This document shows positions 22,741-29,096 of a DNA stretch of 29,096 bases, one piece after another. How positions within the stretch are numbered: the stretch's first letter is position 1; each line of letters opens with the position of its first letter. Source of the stretch: Lama guanicoe (taxonomy: Eukaryota); contig MU054132.1 of assembly GCA_013239625.1 (NCBI GenBank), forward strand, positions 1,242,001 to 1,271,096. Direction: 5' to 3'. A program made the translations under genes and the position numbers. The notes beneath the pieces were generated by a model, which worked only from the letters and a program-made list of their open reading frames with translations, did no database searches and had not been told where the DNA came from.

Positions 22741-25425
22741 CAGAGGGTTGAGTCCTCCAGGAGACGGAGGGACCAGGCTCTGCCCTACACCCTCTCTGAC
22801 TCCTCATTGTGACCTCCTCAGAATCAGGCTGAAAGAGTGTATCCACCACACAACCTCCAGCTCCTGGGCCTCCTGGCCCCCAGTAGGCACTCAGTTAACA
22901 TATGATGAACAGTTGGCAGCGCCACTTCCATCTTTGCCTTCCCACACAGCTTGTCCCCAGACACCAAGGCCACACCATCCTGTTCTCTGGACCTAACCAT
23001 CAGCCAGTGAGGGGCATGACTGCATCTGTCCCCACTCCTAGTCTTCTCTGCCTTTCTCAGAGTAAAAATGTCGCATCCCTAGACCCCAAGAGAACTGGCC
23101 TGTTGCCCTAGTCCCTCCCAGCCGAGCCCGAAGAAAGGTCATGTACACTATTGACCACACTTCTCTGTCCTCTGTCACACCCAGAACCACTGCAGGATGG
23201 CCAGCCTTCCCTGGATCCAGAGGCTACACTCCAATATTGTCCTTATCATCACAGGACTGTGGACTCTGTGTCCTGTGAAACAGCCCCCTTCCACTTTCTC
23301 CCCTGATGTCCCTCTCCTGGGTCCCCTCCCACCTCCCTGGTGGCTCCTGCTCGGTATCCTCCCAGGACCCTCCTCGTAGTACACAGGGCTTGCACAGGTG
23401 CACACGGGCGGCTTCTCCTCCCAGTCCTCACACATTCCTGGGCACATCCCTTCTCCAGATGCCAGTTATCAGGGACACACATCACTGGTCTGTGTCCCTG
23501 AGTCAAGACTCTTGTGAACATCCTGGTTGTCTGCACGGGGCTGTCTGGGGCTGTTGGCTGGCAGCCCCTATGGGAGCCCTGAGCTGAGAGCCGGGGAAGT
23601 CCCACCTACTCCTCCTTCCCCTGAGGACACTCCCTGCCCCCCCACCCACCCCTGCCCTGTCCTACCACCACCCCTCTCCTCTGAAGTGTAGCCACAATCT
23701 CCAGACTCCACCGTCTCTGGTTCCAGGCTCCCGCCATACCAAAGTCCACTCTCCATGCCATTATCCAGGGCTATACCAAGCTGCTGATTCCAACATTTCA
23801 CCCCCTGCCTTCAGGGGCCCAACACCTCCAGCAGGTTCAGGGCTGGAGTCTTGCCACCTCCCATCCTCCTCAGTCGCAGCCCTGCACACTCAGGTGTCAG
23901 AGGGCACATCCGCTCCAACCTCTCAGGCCCCTCAGAGACTCTGCTCTTCTCCCATCTCTGCACCTGATCCCTCTGCCTGCTGTCATCTTTCACCTTGTGA
24001 AGCCTCCTCTGACCTCCAACTAGACACAGCACTTCCTCTCTTGGCTCTCACAGCCTCAGGACGTCCCTTCTGAGTTCACCTCAGTGGTTCCCTATCCAGG
24101 GCTCTGGCTGAAACTCTAGGCTGAGGTGGTGAGTGTGGGAGGTGGAGGAGCCCAACTGGGAGACACAATGAGCCAAAGCAATAGAGGGGCTCAGAGACTT
24201 TGAAGCAAATTCTATTCCAGTCTCCCACAGAATGGCCATGAGGACTGTGGTGGTTCTTGGAATCAGTTTGCCCTCAGGACTCTTGGGGCCTTGGACATGT
24301 TACCTCACAAGGTGTCAGCCTGGACGGATGTGCTGGTTGCACACTCAGCCTTAGAGAAGGACGGAGAGAGAGGGACGTCTGGGCAAACTGGTGTCACTGT
24401 CCAGGTGTTGCCCCAGTGGCCTCTTGGTCAAGCTATATCATTTCCCAAGTCTGAGGAGAAAAAGGAGGTGATTATAGGAGAAAAATACCTAGCAATACCC
24501 ACGGTGACCGGGTACCAGGTCCCCCTGAAATCCTCCCTGTGTTTTCCTCCTCTGCGCCTTTGCATTTGCCCAGACTTTAGACTGAAGTCGCCTTGCCCAT
24601 CCTTCCCTGAGTCCTTGGAGTGTTCCTTGTCAGGTTCTCAGACTGCAACTCCCTGGATGGGGGTGTGCCGTCCCTGCCTCCAGCATCTGGCTTTCCTGGT
24701 TTGTCCTCACAGCCTGTCAGAGCAGAGGTCTTCTCAGGAAAGACCCCACAGCCCTTGTGCCCAGGCTGGCTGGCCCCTGAACCCACATCTGGTCCTTGAG
24801 AAATCCTCATGCACCCGTCACCCCCATAAACTCAGGGAATGAGCCGTGATCCTGCATGGCCCGCCTGCTTTTCTCCTCCCAGCCATCTTTCCTGTCTGTG
24901 AGAATCCAGGGCAAAAGGAAATGGACCCCGGTCTGCTGTGCCCCAAACCCACCAGCTCTCTGAGTTGGCCAGTGGATGAGGAAAATGAGGTCCAAGTAAA
25001 TCACTCAAACAAGGAGCCTCTGCCTGGAAAATGGCAAATCTAAGACATGGACCCAATGCCTCCCACTGACCCGCCATGCTGTCCCTCTCACGGGCACAAG
25101 GGGAGGGATTGGGCTCACCCCTGCCCTCCCCAGGGCCCTGTGAGGGTGGGGACTTGGGCCGGGGGTAAGTGTCAGGACCCTCCACGCAGGGTCAGCTTCC
25201 TCTTTCCCACTGACCACTTCACGTGAAGTGAGGAGCTGGGGAGAACCACGAGGGTAAGTCATCCTGGAAACCCCTCAGCCAGGCTGGGATGTCCCAGGCC
25301 CGGGGCTTGGAGAAGGAGGCAGCCGGCAGGAGGGCAGCCCTACTCCACCCCGGGAGGACAGGAGACCAAGCAGAGGCTGCACCCGCCACACTGCAGCCAG
25401 GAGACTCGGCGGGCATCCGGGGCTG

Positions 25426-25427
<2 letters not shown>

Positions 25428-25493
<66 letters not shown>
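25428..25493. repeat. (CTG)22 trinucleotide microsatellite
   Basis: 66 nt of uninterrupted CTG; the left-arm counterpart is CAA(CAG)6 at 11301-11321. Confidence 0.97.
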
Positions 25494-28204
25494 ACATCCA
25501 ACCAACTGGTCCCAGCAGGATGACACGTTGAGCTGGGCCAGGGTGCAGGCTGAGTGGGAGGATGCCCAGCTTTGCAGAAGAGACCAGGCTCCCAGCCCCA
25601 GATGTGGGGCAGACGGGTGGGCATGGGTACCATTCCTGTGAGTGGGTTTTTACTGGGGACACGGGTGCAGAGAAGCCAGGCTGGTTTCCAGAGCCTAAGA
25701 GGGTATTCTCTCCCCTTTGAGGATCTGGATGCCTCAAGTACATCACAGAGGGCACCTCCTCCCCAGCCCTCTACCAGGACAAGGACCTGCAAAGCCCAGG
25801 ATCTCAGGTCAGCCTCCTGGAGGCCGTGTGCTTCAGGCAGGAGGCAGGTCAAGCCTATCCAGACATTAAATTCCAGGAGGACGGAGTCAGACAGGGCACC
25901 TCACACGAGGCGCACACCCCCTCCATCTCCCCAGGTGGCTCTGTGGTCCTTCCCCACAGCCTGGCTTGTTCTTTATGTAGATCAATCAGTCTCTTCGTGC
26001 TGCCTAGGGAAGGTAGAAACAGCCCCTCCAGAAGCTCTGACATCTACCATGCACTTTGTAAAGTGACTTGAGAAGGGACCAATTCCTGGGGGAGGGACGA
26101 ACTGGAGATCAGAATATAATTTCCACAGATTTCATTTCCCCAGTCCCACCACTCAGATGGATCCCAGGTCCAACTCAGCAGATCCAGGTCTCACCTGCTT
26201 TTGCTTATTTCTAAAAAGAAATTTAGGAGATTTTAAAGGCACATTTCTGACCACTCCCCACCAGCTGAGAACCACTGATCATGTCTCCAGCAAAACCTCC
26301 CTCCCTAGGAGTTTCCTCCCTTTGTGAAACGGAGCTCGGATTAAAACAACAAACAAGGGAAGAGTCTAGGGAGCTGAGATTGCAGGCTGGAGGGGGATGG
26401 AGACTGGGAAGGCTGGTGGGTGGCAGGGACTGTGGAGGGTAGAGCTGGGGCTGCTGGGAGCCATGCTGCGTTGGTGTGAAACTCAAGATATGAAGAGACC
26501 AGCCTGATCCCCTGCTGTCCATGCAGCTGGTGAAGCAGGGGGGTCCCTCTATGGCGGAAGGAGGTCCTGCCGTGACGGTCACCTGTGTGCCATGAGAAAC
26601 CTCACTGAAGTGTGTTTCTTTCCAAGGACTGGCCACCTGAGTCCAAGGATGCAGCCTGTGCATGTGGTCCTTCAGGGCACAAAGGACACCCAAGTATCCA
26701 CCTCCTCTGAGCTCACAGCACTCTTGTCAGCAGGGCGGCCAGGGTTTCCCCCAGTCTCCTTTGGGCAGGGAGGAAACTCAGGTCCAGGGCAGGGTTGGGG
26801 TGTGGCCTTGGGAGGAGGTCTTGACCAAGTCAGGGTTGATGGCAGGATCCAGAGCTCTGGCTCGTGTGTGGAGTTTCCCATGGCCCCATCTGAGGCCTTC
26901 CTCTCTCTCAGACTAGCTCCCTGGTCCCCTCTGTCTGACCCCACCACCCCCAACCCTGGCCAGCCCTGCATCTCTCCTGCAGCCCATTGCTTTTGGAGAC
27001 TCAGTTCTAACTCTGGGCTTCAGTCCAACAGCACTCTGGGCACCCAAGGGCTGCTCTGGGGTCTGCTTCTGCCTTGTGTTCCCGCTCTCTTCCTTCCCTT
27101 CCTGGGCCCTCCCCTGCCCTCTGCTTGCTCAAGGCTGCGGGCAAGGTCTCAAGGATTTTTAGGCAAGCACACAGGGAAATCAGCTTCTAGCGCCTCCTGC
27201 ATGTGTTGTGGGAAGTGTGGCATCACCAGTGGCCAGAACTGGCTACATAATTAGCAAATTGAAATTGCAGGACCCCTTGCTCAAATAGTATGGAGTATTT
27301 CAAGACCTCAAGAACAGAGCATTAAACCAAGTATAGGGCCTCCTGTGCACAGGGGGCCTGTGTGACTGCACTGGTGACACAGTCATGACGCTGGCCCTGC
27401 CCCTGGCCCCCCAGATACAGTCATGGCAAGAAGGGCTCCAAGGAGCTGCTTCAGGAGTTTCAGATAGTGGAGGTTTCAATAGTCTGTGAAGTACAATACT
27501 CACGACCCTGGTTTACCGGTTCACTGAAGTCTTCTGTATAAAAAAAAATAAGAGTTCTAGACACACGCTCATACAGGCACGTATCAGTGCTGACTGTTGC
27601 AACTCCCATTGTTCAGAAGGGGTGACCAGGCTCCAGCAGAACACGGGAGAAGGGGATTAGTGAGGCCTCAGAGGTGGAAGTGGCACGGCTGGGGCTGGAC
27701 TCCGAGGCCAGTGCTCTTTCCACTGCCTACACAGCAGACACTGAAGCCAGTGGCCAACATCCGGCCGTAGCCCTGCCACTCGCTTGCTATTTACTTTGCG
27801 ACAAGAGGCTCCCAACCTCCCTGTGCCTCCATTTTCCTCTCTGTAAATTTGTCCTCAGAAAGTACACGGCTCATGCGGCTGGTCAAGGACATAGTCCAGG
27901 AATCAATGCGGCTCATTGCATTGTTCCTACCAGGGCAGAATTTTCCCCAGGAACTCACAGCTGGTGAGAAGCCAACCAATGATTAGACTGCTGGACTCTA
28001 GAGCCTAAGGACCCAATGAGCACTTGGAGGCAGGTTTCTGCCCTGTTCATAGTAATAGCTGCTGTTTATGGGGCAATTCTGGGTCCTTCATTCCCAACTT
28101 CTTTCTCTGGGTTGACTCTTTTATCAGACCTCATCCTTAATCAGCCACCTGTCCCCGTGGAAGGATGGGGAAGGGAACCTCAGTCCTAAGGTTTAGGAAA
28201 CACA

Positions 28205-28850
28205 AAGGTGCAGAGGCAGGAAAGCACAGGGAGGATTTCAGGGGGACCTGATATCTAGTCACCGTGGGTAAGCAGTGACTTTCTCCTTGTAATCACCTCC
28301 TTTTCCTCCTCTGACTTAGGCAAAGGATACAGCTTGACCAAGAGGCTACTGGGGCAACAACTGAACTGTGATGCCAGATTGCCCAGAAACCCCTCTCTCC
28401 TTCCTTCTCCAAGGTTGAGTGTGCAATCAGCACCATCTGTCCAGGCTGTCAGCTTCCGAGGTGCCCCATCCAATCTCCCAGTGACCCACAGGCCAACCAA
28501 GAACAAGAACTACACCTCCAGACACAGAGCCATTCCATGGGAGACGAGATTAGAATTAACTTCATGGTCTCTGGATTCCTCTTTCTCATTGGCTTATTCA
28601 TTCTCCCAGCTGGGTTCTCTTCTCCTCCCATGCTCGCCACGTCAGGCTGGTGTCTCAGCCAGGGTCCTGGGCAGGGAGTCACTGACGTCAAGTCAGAATG
28701 GACCTCCTGAGGCTGTGGGAGCCCTGAGAGGAAGTGCCATGTCTGCTTGGAGTCACAGATTTCATAAGGTGAAAGGTCACGGCAAGCAGAGGGATCAGGT
28801 GCAGAGATGGGAGAAGAGCAGAGGCTCGGAGGGGCCTGAGAGGTTGGGAT
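28205..28850 (+). repeat. Diverged direct copy of cathelicidin upstream segment (~12190-12845)
   Basis: Shared strings e.g. GGAAAGCACAGGGAGGATTTCAGGGGGACCTG (12205 and 28219) and GCAGAGGGATCAGGTGCAGAGATGGGAGAAGAGCAGAG (12776 and 28786) with many substitutions between. Confidence 0.88.
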
Positions 28851-28861
28851 GGACGTGGTGG

Positions 28862-29096
28862 TGTTACAGAAAAATGTGTTACAGCTCAGTGTTACAGGTC
28901 AGTTGTGAAAGGAACCTGGATCCGGGCAAGAGACCAAGAAGCACTCGGAGAGTTGGAGAACTCAGGTTTATTACGCCAGCGGGCCCAGTGGACTTAACAC
29001 TCCAAGCTCTGGACCCCGTCTGTAGATTTACACAGGCTTTTATAGATTGTCAGTTTACACTTTGCAACATCATATGCAAATAAGGTATAACAAAAG
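28862..29096 (-). mobile_element. LTR (ERV-type) running off the window end
   Basis: Homology to the cathelicidin upstream segment stops abruptly and is followed by TGTTACAG x3 and a minus-strand AATAAA (~28967-28972). Confidence 0.6.

Larger units (their letters stand above)
19109..27459 (-). repeat. Right arm of large inverted segmental duplication (palindrome)
   Basis: Reverse complement of 9236-16896, with ~0.7 kb extra at ~19696-20370, a ~50 bp tandem duplication at 22641-22740 and a 99 bp gap next to the (CTG)22 tract. Confidence 0.95.

Noticed and set aside
25219..25852. Poly-Gln, poly-Ala and poly-Ser ORFs
   Set aside because: Frames through the (CTG)22 microsatellite; no coding signal and not preserved in the other arm.
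9236..27459. Palindrome as a pure assembly or fold-back artefact
   Set aside because: The arms carry structured differences (indels, STR length, diverged patch, different intact exons 2-4) that an artefactual mirror would not create; long-read confirmation is still advisable.
28861..28900. Three GTGTTACAG repeats as a CRISPR-like or regulatory array
   Set aside because: Too short, in mammalian DNA, and best explained as an LTR terminus.
28334..29083. 249 aa ORF
   Set aside because: Runs from paralogous upstream DNA into an LTR; the frame is not open in the two related copies and has no recognisable domain.

Overview
Mammalian genomic DNA, most likely camelid (inferred from a tRNA-Ala-derived SINE resembling the camelid vic-1 family and from artiodactyl-type cathelicidin sequences). 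The window holds two intact 4-exon cathelicidin (CAMP/CATHL-family) antimicrobial peptide genes facing each other tail-to-tail: gene A on + (CDS 14294-16130, predicted mature peptide [24 protein letters not shown]) and gene B on - (CDS 22408-20555, predicted mature peptide [29 protein letters not shown]). They sit in the two arms of an ~18 kb palindrome (arms ~9236-16896 and ~19109-27459, unique spacer ~2.2 kb). The arms are near-identical over upstream DNA, exon 1 and the spacer-proximal 3' block, but diverge over exons 2-4, and the mature peptides are largely unrelated. A third, older copy of cathelicidin upstream sequence at ~28205-28850 predicts another paralogue to the right of the window. 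The first 9 kb is mostly transposable-element relics (L2, L1, ERV1-type LTRs and internal sequence, SINE, hAT MITEs). Repeat family names are recognised by eye, not by database search. Nearly all ORFs in the supplied track are spurious.
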